Source of the DNA: a virus
Taxonomy: Duplodnaviria; Heunggongvirae; Uroviricota; Caudoviricetes
Virus record (IMG/VR): IMGVR_UViG_2690316068_000002
Strand: one strand, 5' to 3'
Length of the DNA: 64,000 bases
Of the stretch, positions 48,313 to 57,032 are shown one piece after another (within the stretch, counting starts at the first letter, position 1; every line of letters begins with the position of its first letter). Position numbers and translations under genes: made by a program. Below the pieces are notes generated by a model, which did no database searches, was not told where the DNA came from, and was given only the letters and a program-made list of their open reading frames with translations.

Positions 48313-49116
48313 CTAGTATCCAAGAAAATCAGTATCTTTCTCTAATCTTATTTTTTCCAGCTTATACGATCCTGGAGGGCACTTCATTTTGTAGATTTCG
48401 ATACCTGAATCAAATAGTTGATGAACATAATTTTGAAGTTGACTGCTAGCCTTACAACCTATTGTTATTTCCTTAATTAAGGATTTATCAAATAATTTCA
48501 CGCCACAATTCTCGGTTACGATTCTAACCTCCTCTTCATATTCCCAGACATCGCTTTTATTTAGGCAAAGAGCCGCTGCAATCTCTTTATCTGAGTCGGT
48601 AAAAAAATTTACAACCGGAACATCAGAGGAATATTTGACCTCACCGCGAACAAAAAAACCATCATCAAACGCATTTATAAAACCATCATCAAATCCGATG
48701 CAAAAACCAGAGTGAGAATGCGCATAATGCGACCACATAAGATAATTATCTGGTCTTTTTGTCAAACAAATAACTCCCCGACACTGCAGAAAAGTTGTTC
48801 TAATCATATAGTTATCAAAACTGCGACTATGTTCTGTTTGACTCAATAACCAGCGTTCAAATTCATCATTGTGATGATTAGGCCAAAGCTCAAAAAATCT
48901 TTTCTTAATGGCGTCTATATCAGCATCATAATCAAAATTAACTTTAAACTCGGCAGGATCGTTGAAATCATTCGGACGAGTTGCTCGAATTTTCCCATCT
49001 TCTAAGTAATACTTTAAATACTTTATTGTGTCTTCCGGGACGCTACTTCCAACATATTTGTAAAGCATAAATATACCTTTTAAGAGAAGGCGTCTAATCA
49101 CGCCTTCTCTTATCAA
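48313..49116 (-). CDS. hypothetical protein, DUF2971-like pattern, low GC
   Basis: 267 aa; YLKYYL...NDFNDPAEF...W-HYA-H-G-C-GF resembles DUF2971 as I recall it; AT-rich codon usage. Confidence 0.45.
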   Translation of the reverse strand: MIREGVIRRLLLKGIFMLYKYVGSSVPEDTIKYLKYYLEDGKIRATRPNDFNDPAEFKVNFDYDADIDAIKKRFFELWPNHHNDEFERWLLSQTEHSRSFDNYMIRTTFLQCRGVICLTKRPDNYLMWSHYAHSHSGFCIGFDDGFINAFDDGFFVRGEVKYSSDVPVVNFFTDSDKEIAAALCLNKSDVWEYEEEVRIVTENCGVKLFDKSLIKEITIGCKASSQLQNYVHQLFDSGIEIYKMKCPPGSYKLEKIRLEKDTDFLGY

Positions 49117-49472
49117 CCTTTCTTCATCAACTCGCGTTTGATTTCATCGGTACGCATCGTTACGTCGGCAGCTGTGATCGCCTCGTTAAGTTTCACGATG
49201 TCCTCGATTTCCTGCGGTGACTTCTCTGCCAGATGGAAAATGGCTGCTCGAATCACGTCAGAACGAGTGAACTTCTCGAAGCGAGGGATGAACTTCATCA
49301 TCTCCAGCAGTTCGAAGTATTCGTCCTCCAGTGACATTGTGCGGCTTTTAATTTTCTCTTTGCCACGAGTCGGGCGTCCCTGTGGTCTGACTGGTTGGCG
49401 CAAAGGAGTTGTGTTCTTAGCCGGTGCATCAGGCTCTTTGCGCTTTGCTAGGTCACCCATTTTCATGGACAT
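49113..49472 (-). CDS. putative partition protein (ParA partner, ParG/ParB-like)
   Basis: 119 aa basic N-terminus; translationally coupled downstream of ParA-like gene. Confidence 0.45.
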   Translation of the reverse strand: MSMKMGDLAKRKEPDAPAKNTTPLRQPVRPQGRPTRGKEKIKSRTMSLEDEYFELLEMMKFIPRFEKFTRSDVIRAAIFHLAEKSPQEIEDIVKLNEAITAADVTMRTDEIKRELMKKG

Positions 49473-50140
49473 TATTCTTCTTCCTCCAGACTCAACAGAT
49501 AATCTACAAATTCTTCAAACTCGGCTTCCGCCTTTTTGTCGCGCTCGCTACCGGTCATTTCAAAGATAGAACGACCAGACTCTTCCGCATCATCATAGAC
49601 GTTGCGGTTATATAGATTGACTGGCGCAGACTCGATTCCAAACGTCTCAACAATCTCTTTAGCCGCCAGAATGCGAGACACTTGTGATGGCAAAGCCGGG
49701 CACTGGTTCATGACCGCGCGGACCTTCACTTTATCGTTTACATTGCGAACATTGTCGATAATAGGATCGATGTCACGTAAAGATTTCAAATCACGACGCT
49801 TAGGACGCAGCGGGATAATGATAACGTCAGCCATCAGCATCGCTTGTCGCTGAATTTCGGAGTCGAAGCCACCAGCATCTACCACTACAAACTCAGCTCT
49901 ACCCTGAAGCGATTTTAGGTGCTTAATGATGTCATCCTGAACGTATGCAAAAGGAATCAGCTCAAGGTCTTCGTTCTGTCGACGGTCTTCACACCAGCTC
50001 GTTGTCGTGCGCTGAATATCTATATCGGTAATATAAACCTTCTTCTTCTTTTTGACTTTCAGGCAAACGGCAATTTGCTGGGCAACGGTGGATTTGCCAG
50101 GCCCGCCCTTTGTGCCGCCAACCACAAAGATCTTGGTCAT
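49472..50140 (-). CDS. parA: ParA/ParF-type partition ATPase
   Basis: Deviant Walker A TKGGPGKST (KGGxGK[ST]T with signature lysine); VVVDAGGFD; 222 aa. Confidence 0.7.
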   Translation of the reverse strand: MTKIFVVGGTKGGPGKSTVAQQIAVCLKVKKKKKVYITDIDIQRTTTSWCEDRRQNEDLELIPFAYVQDDIIKHLKSLQGRAEFVVVDAGGFDSEIQRQAMLMADVIIIPLRPKRRDLKSLRDIDPIIDNVRNVNDKVKVRAVMNQCPALPSQVSRILAAKEIVETFGIESAPVNLYNRNVYDDAEESGRSIFEMTGSERDKKAEAEFEEFVDYLLSLEEEE

Positions 50141-50321
50141 TGGAGAGTTCCCTTTGCGTATATAATTATCGTCTGAAACAACTTGTTTTCTTATATGTGA
50201 TATAGCCTAAATGCCTACGGCTGCGGTGTAAAGGTTAAATGGTAGGTTGTGATTAACAATTGGCAATCATAGCTTGTATTTGTCTGTTGAAAAAAGTAAC
50301 AATGACCTCTATATTACAAGT

Positions 50322-50340
50322 ACGGTGATATGCCGTACAC
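50322..50340. promoter_or_regulatory. palindrome GTACGG-tgatatg-CCGTAC upstream of toxin-antitoxin operon
   Basis: Inverted repeat in the promoter region, candidate antitoxin operator. Confidence 0.35.
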
Positions 50341-50458
50341 AATTTGATAATGCACACGTAATGGGCTATAGCCTTTTAAAGTAATTTTTGAGTCGAAAAC
50401 TCAGTTTGAACAGAGGAGATTGATGGCCTTCCTACATCACGGCCATCAGGAGGAATAC

Positions 50459-50728
50459 ATGTCAGCACTAAAAAAGCAGCGCATCGATTTGAGATTAACC
50501 GATGACGATAAAAGCATCATCGAGGAAGCTGCCGCAATGTCTAACCAGAGCATTACTCAGTTTATGGTTAGCAGTGCATCTGAACGTGCCGTGAAAGTTA
50601 TAGAGCAACACCGTAGACTAGTTCTGAATGAAGAATCCTGGAATCTGGTTATGGACGCTATAAGCAATCCTCCGGCACCGAACGACAAGCTGAAACGAGC
50701 TGCTGATCGTCTGAAAAGCATGGAGTAG
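50459..50728 (+). CDS. DUF1778-family antitoxin (TacA/KacA-like, RHH)
   Basis: ORF 50420..50728 trimmed to ATG for MSALKKQRIDLRLTDDDKSIIEEAA (AGGAGG RBS), a typical DUF1778 antitoxin N-terminus. Confidence 0.75.
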   Translation: MSALKKQRIDLRLTDDDKSIIEEAAAMSNQSITQFMVSSASERAVKVIEQHRRLVLNEESWNLVMDAISNPPAPNDKLKRAADRLKSME

Positions 50729-50735
50729 TTTACTC

Positions 50736-51257
50736 GTGAGCAATACAACGATAGAGATTTTCTCTGGAGAGAAAGATTATGATCTAAACGGTTTTGATTG
50801 CGGCGAAGAGTCACTAAACGCCTTTTTAGCCAACCACTTAAAAAGGCAGCATGAGGGAAAAATTCTTCGTGCTTATGTGCTTTGCACTCAAGAAGAAAGG
50901 CCAAAAGTGTTAGGATATTACACTTTGTCAGGTAGTTGTTTTGAAAAGGAGTCCTTACCTTCAAGAAGCAAACAAAAGAAGGTTCCTTATCGGAATGTTC
51001 CAAGTGTTACTTTGGGTAGGCTGGCTTTGGACAAGTCCCTTCAAGGTCAAGGATTTGGCTCAATGCTTGTAACACATGCAATGCGCGTTGTGTACAATGC
51101 ATCTCTTGCTGTAGGCATTCATGGACTTTTCGTTGAGGCGTTAAATGACAAAGCCAAGGCGTTTTATAAAAGTTTAGGCTTTATCCAGCTGGTTGGTAAC
51201 AACGAGCGTTCTTTGTTCTATCCTACAAAATCTATCGAAAAATTGTTCGAAGAATAA
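50736..51257 (+). CDS. GNAT-family acetyltransferase toxin (TacT/KacT/AtaT-like)
   Basis: 173 aa, 8 nt downstream of antitoxin; GNAT motif A LQGQGFGSMLV; C-terminal AFYKSLGF; non-ATG start. Confidence 0.75.
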   Translation: MSNTTIEIFSGEKDYDLNGFDCGEESLNAFLANHLKRQHEGKILRAYVLCTQEERPKVLGYYTLSGSCFEKESLPSRSKQKKVPYRNVPSVTLGRLALDKSLQGQGFGSMLVTHAMRVVYNASLAVGIHGLFVEALNDKAKAFYKSLGFIQLVGNNERSLFYPTKSIEKLFEE

Positions 51258-51258
51258 T

Positions 51259-51281
51259 GTGTTCCCCTCATTTGAGGGGAA
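51259..51281. terminator. hairpin terminator between convergent toxin and spanin genes
   Basis: GTTCCCCTCA-ttt-GAGGGGAAC. Confidence 0.5.
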
Positions 51282-51289
51282 CTTCGACA

Positions 51290-51475
51290 TCACCAACCAC
51301 AAACCCTCTCTCCCATCGTATTGTGAAAAAGGATTTGGCGTTCGGTTTCTTCAGTCATTACATCATTATTGCTGATATAGATAGGCTCAGCCCCATCGCA
51401 GAACAACACGCTGGCTGTTTGTGGTTTAATGACGCACCCACTTATCATACAACTCACGATGAACGGCAGAAGCAT
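51290..51475 (-). CDS. putative o-spanin (Rz1-like lipoprotein)
   Basis: Lipobox ISGC after hydrophobic N-terminus; starts inside the 3' end of the upstream gene in another frame. Confidence 0.35.
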   Translation of the reverse strand: MLLPFIVSCMISGCVIKPQTASVLFCDGAEPIYISNNDVMTEETERQILFHNTMGERVCGW

Positions 51476-51677
51476 CTTTCTGACGTATTTTACTGCTCGT
51501 CTCATTCACCACTTTCACTGTGTTTTGAAGTCGTTTTCTGTCTTCCTGTTTTGCCTTCTCTTCCATTGCTCGTCGCGCCGCATTCCCGCCCATCGTGTAA
51601 GCGCCGACAAGAACGAAAAGAACGGCAGCCAGCGTAATCAAAGCAACTTTTAGCTTTGTCATCAGGCTGCCTAGCAT
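51426..51677 (-). CDS. putative i-spanin (Rz-like)
   Basis: N-terminal TM anchor followed by charged coiled-coil segment; downstream of endolysin candidate. Confidence 0.4.
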   Translation of the reverse strand: MLGSLMTKLKVALITLAAVLFVLVGAYTMGGNAARRAMEEKAKQEDRKRLQNTVKVVNETSSKIRQKDASAVHRELYDKWVRH

Positions 51678-51678
51678 A

Positions 51679-52371
51679 TTAGACCATCCCTTTCTGGTGT
51701 TTTCTTACCTGCGACCAGGCAATGAATCCTGCCACAACAATAGTGGCAATACCGAAGATGATGCGTACTGTATCCCCGCTAGAGATATGACCTTGTGCTT
51801 TATCCATAGCAGCGGAAACCTGCGGCATAACATCGGCCAGCTGCGCCAGACCAATACCTGCTGTAACAGTTGCGCCTGCGGTTTCTTTAGTTACAGGAAC
51901 AGCCTTCACGGTTTTCACCGGCTTAACAACGCCAGCTCGACGCAGACCTTCCTCAATAACTTCTGCCGCATACCAGGTGTTCAGCGTTTTTAGCGGGCCT
52001 CGGCCATTCTCGTGGCGAATGATTGCCTCAACCAAAGGTCGAAGGATGTCGTAATCATGCAGATCGATGATCATGTCTGCGGTTACACCAACGGCTTTAG
52101 ACACCTCATTAATGTAGGCGTCAGTATTGTTTTCATTCGGCGGTGCCCAGCGTTCAATAACTTCACGAATGGTATCGATACTTGTGCCGTCTTTTGCGCG
52201 ACGTTTATCGTGGTAGGTAATTAGAGTCACCGCCAGCGCACGAATCCCCCAAACAGGGTCTTTAAACGTGCAAAAGCGCGGTTCGTCTGGATTCGCAACC
52301 AGACCTTGCCACGGTGATCCTTTATCAAGATTACCGGGGTTATTATTACGAATGCCTCTCGGAGTCTTCAT
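51679..52371 (-). CDS. putative peptidoglycan hydrolase (endolysin candidate) with C-terminal hydrophobic segment
   Basis: ORF 51679..52398 trimmed to ATG at 52371 (AGGAG RBS); N-terminal RGIRNNNPGN motif; position between holin-like and spanin genes. Confidence 0.4.
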   Translation of the reverse strand: MKTPRGIRNNNPGNLDKGSPWQGLVANPDEPRFCTFKDPVWGIRALAVTLITYHDKRRAKDGTSIDTIREVIERWAPPNENNTDAYINEVSKAVGVTADMIIDLHDYDILRPLVEAIIRHENGRGPLKTLNTWYAAEVIEEGLRRAGVVKPVKTVKAVPVTKETAGATVTAGIGLAQLADVMPQVSAAMDKAQGHISSGDTVRIIFGIATIVVAGFIAWSQVRKHQKGMV

Positions 52372-52384
52372 CCTTGATCTCCTG

Positions 52385-52720
52385 TTATTGCAGTCCACTT
52401 TTTACGCCATACGCGGCTAACCCCAAAAGCAGTGCGGTAATAATGAACGACGTTATTTTAGAAACAATGCCGCCAAAGAACCCACTTGAGATGGAATCTA
52501 ACCGGTTAAGGAGTTTGTCCAGATTGGAGTGTTGAATACTATGTTGCGCCGGGGTCATATCACCAAAGTAGGTTTTCAGCTGATCATTGACCTCCTGGCC
52601 AATTTCTTCACGTAGCTCTTTACCTAATTTGCCAACAACCTCCCGAGCAACGATCGCGGCAATACGCTCAACTTGCTCTGTTGTAACGCCCGCCATCTCG
52701 TTCGACATGTTTTCCTCCAT
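52385..52720 (-). CDS. putative holin or lysis membrane protein
   Basis: 111 aa with single C-terminal TM helix; first gene of lysis cluster. Confidence 0.35.
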   Translation of the reverse strand: MEENMSNEMAGVTTEQVERIAAIVAREVVGKLGKELREEIGQEVNDQLKTYFGDMTPAQHSIQHSNLDKLLNRLDSISSGFFGGIVSKITSFIITALLLGLAAYGVKSGLQ

Positions 52721-52910
52721 GAAAAGTCAAATCGGGATGGCGGATTTATATCACACTTCTCCTTTCAATTATAGGTATATACTTACCTACCTATGCATAT
52801 ACCGTTTAACGGCTGTTCAAATTCGTATCTAGTAACTCACTAATATATCCCTATGATTGCGGCTGTGAGATCGCATTTTAAACCTCACAGCCATATAAAT
52901 AATGTCTAAA

Positions 52911-55900
52911 TCAGTTACTTGTTGCCCCAACAGTACCTGCAAATTTCAGCCATTGACCTGACGGACTTCTATTACTACGGTAGTGATAAACGAGGATTGC
53001 GTTTGTAACTCCACCGTAGTCAGCTTTATGTGACGTTGTTAAACGAATTGTATAATCACCGTTAGGTAGATTAAAAACTTCGATTATAGATTCTGCTAAT
53101 TCTACAGCACCAAATCCCGTTATATTGTTGATACTGCCAGCATTGAATCCCATAGCATCGCCAAAGCCAATCCAATAACTTTTGCTAAACGCCCCATTTG
53201 ATTTTAGGTGGCTAATGAATGTGGACAAACTCATGCCCATATCCCCACCTGAAACAGAGGAAGTTCGCACAGTCATACTTGGAAGAGCACTGCTCTTCAC
53301 ATAGGAACTTAGAAGGTTTGTTACCTCTGTTTTCGTATAGGCATTAAGGTTAGCCGCAGTCAAAGTAATATCGGCAGAGCCATCAAACGCCACACCAGCA
53401 ATTTTCCTTGCTGTCTGCAATTTTGTGGCGGTGGCAGCATTACCAGTAGTGTTCTGATTACCGGTTGTATTCACACCAGGTATTGAATCCTTAGCGGTAT
53501 ATACCTGCGCCCACGCTGACCATGCCGCATCAGTGGTATCTCTTCGGGAGCGAATGAAAACCGGCGCATGTGCACCGCTCGTACCACTCCAGCCAATAAG
53601 CAACTCGCCCTCACCAGCAGCACTCGCACCTTTCATGTGCAATACGTTGCCATACGTGGTCGGGTAGCTATTGCTGTACGCCTCGTACATTTGAATGCCA
53701 GCAGTACCTTGAGCAGAACCGCTTAACGCCGTAACTCGGCCACGAGATACCAATGTATTAATGTTGATATCGCCTGAGCCATCAAACTTAACACCATTGA
53801 TGTTTCTCGCTGTTTGCAACTTCGTAGCTGTTGAAGCATTACCGTTCAAACTACCATTTACGCCACCAGTCACATTTAGTCCATTACCAATTGATACAGC
53901 ACCGCTGGTATTATTAATTGTAATAGGTCGCAAACCGTTCCATGAACCTAATGTGTCTCCTGATGCTGTTAGCATGAAATATGTGTTCGATCCATCATTA
54001 CGGATAAAGAACCCAAAGCTACCGTAAGCAATGCGGAAACCATTTGCATATTTTGAAATGATCTCGCCAGAAGATGTCAAACCTCCAGATAATGTACCAC
54101 CGGTAAGAGGTAATGCACCGACATCAGAGGCTGTTGGTTTGTTTTTCGTGTTATATACTCTTCGCCATCCTGGAGAATAATCTGTGCCATTAAATACATA
54201 GATAAACTCCGCATTAGTGAGAGCACCAGAGACACTCGTCGTTGTGGCCGTTGTTATACGGATCGTATAATTGTTTGAGCTACTACCGTTATTAAATACC
54301 TCTATAACAGCTCCTGCCAATGGAATAACGCCACAACCAGTTTCACTATTTGGTATGGTTGCACTATTGGCATAGGCCCACGCACATCGAGCAATCCATG
54401 ACTTTGTGTTAAATGCTCCATTATTTTGCAATAACGTCACTAACTGTGCTGTTGTTATTGCTCCGCCATTACTTCCTGTAGTTAACCAACCAGTAGGAGA
54501 TGCCGGGCAACCTATATTTGCTGGCGACAAGGAAATATTTGCCGAGCCGTCAAACGACACCCCATTAATAGTACGCGCAGTCTGCAACTTCGTAGCAGTA
54601 GCCGCGTTGCCCGTTGTATTCTGATTACCAGTCGTATTAACACCTGGCAAATTAATATTCGCAGTACCATCAAAGCTCACGCCGCCGATAGTTCTTGCCG
54701 TCTGAAGTTTTGTAGCAGTTGCAGCATTACCAGTGGTGTTCTGATTACCCGTAGTATTTACACCTGGAAGGTTGATATTTGCAGAACCGTCGAAACCAAC
54801 TCCACCGATAGATCTTGCCGTCTGCAATTTCGTTGCTGTACTTGCATTACCATTTAATGTTCCGGTGATCCCACCAGTAACAGACAACGGACCTGAAACT
54901 GTTCCTCCGGTTGTTGGCAGTGCACCAATATCTAACGGCGTCGGTTTCTGATGTGTGCTATACATCGTATAAACAACACCATCGGTAACGCTGGAAGGCT
55001 TACTCGCTGAATATGTTGGCGATGTATAAATAGAAACTGTCGCATTTGCAGTACAATCCCAATGGATATTTACACTCGTCGCATAATTGCCAATCTCAAC
55101 GTAAATATCATATGTATCGCCGGATGTGTTGATCCAGGCGAAATTCGTTAATCCGACAGCTGTACGCTTCCACAAAGCACCTGTAATCCCTTTGGGGTTT
55201 CCATTGCCTGCTCGTAGAACCAGTTCTGAAATGCCTGCCTGATGTGGGGAGCCGACGTTGTAACCAGCGCCACCAATCAATGCGATGTAAACGATGGAAC
55301 TCGCTTGTGGCATGGTAACCGTAGCCAGTTTGAACCACCCAGCCCCGCCAGAGAAAGACATCGTTACTGAATTTAAAGTACCAATATCTTTCGGCGTTAA
55401 TGTGATATCCGCAGTCAGTGCTTTACCGTTAACTTTTCGGTTAGATGGCACCCTGCTATTCGCATTGTCATTGGCTGCTTTAACTGCTTTTGGCGTTGCG
55501 GCCAGCGATTCACTGGTGCTGTCGACAGCACTGCTAAGTTTCACAACACCTTTAGTTGTAAGGCTTGCGTCTTCCATCGCAACTGCACCGGCAATCTCTT
55601 CAGCACGATCAGCAGCAGCTTCCGCACGGGTCGCAGCGGATTCAGCAGCAGTTTTGCTCTGAGATGCTGCCGTCGCACTGCCTGCCGCCTCTGTTGCTTT
55701 CGTGGATGCCGTCGTGGCACTGCCCTTCGCTGCTGACGCCTGTCTGGTCGCCTCATCTTTTGAAGCAGACGCAGATGATGCCGATGACGCTGCCGAACTG
55801 GCGGACGATGCGGCTGCCGTTTTTGAGGATTCTGCACGGGTTTCCGACGCTTTCGCGTTCGTTTCGGATGTCTTCGCTGCGGAAGCAGACCTCGCTGCTG

Positions 55901-56939
55901 CGCTGGCCTGTTCAGTGGCTTCGCCAGCCTTCGTTGTGGCTGTTGAAGCAGACGATGCGGCACTTTCTGCCGATTTTCCGGCGGCGGTGGCACTGGCTGA
56001 GGCCTGCCCGGCACTTGTTGACGCGGCACTGGCAGACGACGCAGCCGCTGTTTTTGAGCCTGCCGCAGCTGAGGCGCTCTGTCCCGCTGCCGTCTCAGAA
56101 GACCTGGCGTTCGTCTCGGACGTTTTTGCCGCCTTCGCGGAATTTCCTGCCGCCGTTGCCGAGGAAGCTGCGCTACTGGCGCTCAAGGATGCGTTCGTTT
56201 CTGATGATTTCGCTGCCTCTTTTGAGGCCGCCGCATCCCGGGCTGAGGTGGCAGCTTCTGACGCTTTCGTGGTCGCGGTGGATGCAGAAGTGGCTGCTGA
56301 TTGTTGTGACGCTGCGGCATTCGTTTCAGATTTTTTCGCAGCAGTTGCACTCGCACTTGCGGCACTTTGTGAGGATGCCGCAGCGGATGCACTTTGAGAC
56401 GCTTGAGAGGCTTTTTCTCCAGCGGTATTGGCGCTTTCTGCTGCTGCGGCAGCACTGGCCGCCGCCTCACGAGCTTTGTCGCCAGCAGCATCAATCGCGT
56501 CAGTGTTATTTTTATACCACTCAACGTTTTCGTTGTGCTCGTTGACGATCTGCATTAGCGGCTTAACGGTTACTTCTGTACCGTCTTCACGCTCGATTGT
56601 CACCTCATCCAGAGCAGTCAACCAACTGCGCATAGACTTGGAATCAGCCGACATACGCGACATTAGTGCTGTAAAGCGCGCGCTAAACTGTGTTAAGTCG
56701 CCTTCATAGGTCGTAATGATTCGGCACGGAACTTCAGACTGAGTTTCGCCGGTATAAGGTTCTGAGAGAACAATGTTCGTATCACTGGTTACGCGCTTGA
56801 TCTCATACAGCTTATTGTCGGGGCCAATGACGATCATCCCCGGCAACACACCATTAGCTGTTACGTTCCAGGCTGTCCCTGCCCCAACCAGAGTATTGCT
56901 ACCCTGTGTAAATGTGATAGTACCTTCCCTGTACCACAT
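52911..56939 (-). CDS. side tail fiber protein
   Basis: 1342 aa; long Ala/Ser/Thr-rich SETNA-type heptad low-complexity region; C-terminal tandem tail-fiber repeats GVNTTGNQNTTGNAATATKLQTAR-x-GVSFDGSANI. Confidence 0.8.
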   Translation of the reverse strand: MWYREGTITFTQGSNTLVGAGTAWNVTANGVLPGMIVIGPDNKLYEIKRVTSDTNIVLSEPYTGETQSEVPCRIITTYEGDLTQFSARFTALMSRMSADSKSMRSWLTALDEVTIEREDGTEVTVKPLMQIVNEHNENVEWYKNNTDAIDAAGDKAREAAASAAAAAESANTAGEKASQASQSASAAASSQSAASASATAAKKSETNAAASQQSAATSASTATTKASEAATSARDAAASKEAAKSSETNASLSASSAASSATAAGNSAKAAKTSETNARSSETAAGQSASAAAGSKTAAASSASAASTSAGQASASATAAGKSAESAASSASTATTKAGEATEQASAAARSASAAKTSETNAKASETRAESSKTAAASSASSAASSASSASASKDEATRQASAAKGSATTASTKATEAAGSATAASQSKTAAESAATRAEAAADRAEEIAGAVAMEDASLTTKGVVKLSSAVDSTSESLAATPKAVKAANDNANSRVPSNRKVNGKALTADITLTPKDIGTLNSVTMSFSGGAGWFKLATVTMPQASSIVYIALIGGAGYNVGSPHQAGISELVLRAGNGNPKGITGALWKRTAVGLTNFAWINTSGDTYDIYVEIGNYATSVNIHWDCTANATVSIYTSPTYSASKPSSVTDGVVYTMYSTHQKPTPLDIGALPTTGGTVSGPLSVTGGITGTLNGNASTATKLQTARSIGGVGFDGSANINLPGVNTTGNQNTTGNAATATKLQTARTIGGVSFDGTANINLPGVNTTGNQNTTGNAATATKLQTARTINGVSFDGSANISLSPANIGCPASPTGWLTTGSNGGAITTAQLVTLLQNNGAFNTKSWIARCAWAYANSATIPNSETGCGVIPLAGAVIEVFNNGSSSNNYTIRITTATTTSVSGALTNAEFIYVFNGTDYSPGWRRVYNTKNKPTASDVGALPLTGGTLSGGLTSSGEIISKYANGFRIAYGSFGFFIRNDGSNTYFMLTASGDTLGSWNGLRPITINNTSGAVSIGNGLNVTGGVNGSLNGNASTATKLQTARNINGVKFDGSGDININTLVSRGRVTALSGSAQGTAGIQMYEAYSNSYPTTYGNVLHMKGASAAGEGELLIGWSGTSGAHAPVFIRSRRDTTDAAWSAWAQVYTAKDSIPGVNTTGNQNTTGNAATATKLQTARKIAGVAFDGSADITLTAANLNAYTKTEVTNLLSSYVKSSALPSMTVRTSSVSGGDMGMSLSTFISHLKSNGAFSKSYWIGFGDAMGFNAGSINNITGFGAVELAESIIEVFNLPNGDYTIRLTTSHKADYGGVTNAILVYHYRSNRSPSGQWLKFAGTVGATSN
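53340..54900 (-). repeat. tandem ~123-bp repeats inside side tail fiber gene
   Basis: Four or five copies of the ~41-aa tail fiber repeat visible at DNA level. Confidence 0.6.
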
Positions 56940-56983
56940 GTTGAATATGCTCCTTGATTTGGCGGGCTATCCTTGCCCGCCAT

Positions 56984-57002
56984 TAGGTAAATACTTACCT
57001 AT
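56984..57002. promoter_or_regulatory. promoter-proximal palindrome TAGGTAA-atac-TTACCTA
   Basis: Perfect inverted repeat between J-like and side tail fiber genes. Confidence 0.4.
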
Positions 57003-57032
57003 TTTTACCGATATAAAAATTTTTTTCCACCA

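Noticed and set aside
55541-56545. Several long ORFs (55565..56545 +, 55702..56397 +, 55541..56029 -, 56183..56524 -) predicting Ala-, Pro/Arg/Gln- or Leu-rich proteins
   Set aside because: They lie inside the Ala/Ser-rich low-complexity part of the side tail fiber gene; the GC-rich codon repeats generate open frames in every phase. The 1342-aa tail fiber frame has recognisable flanking domains.
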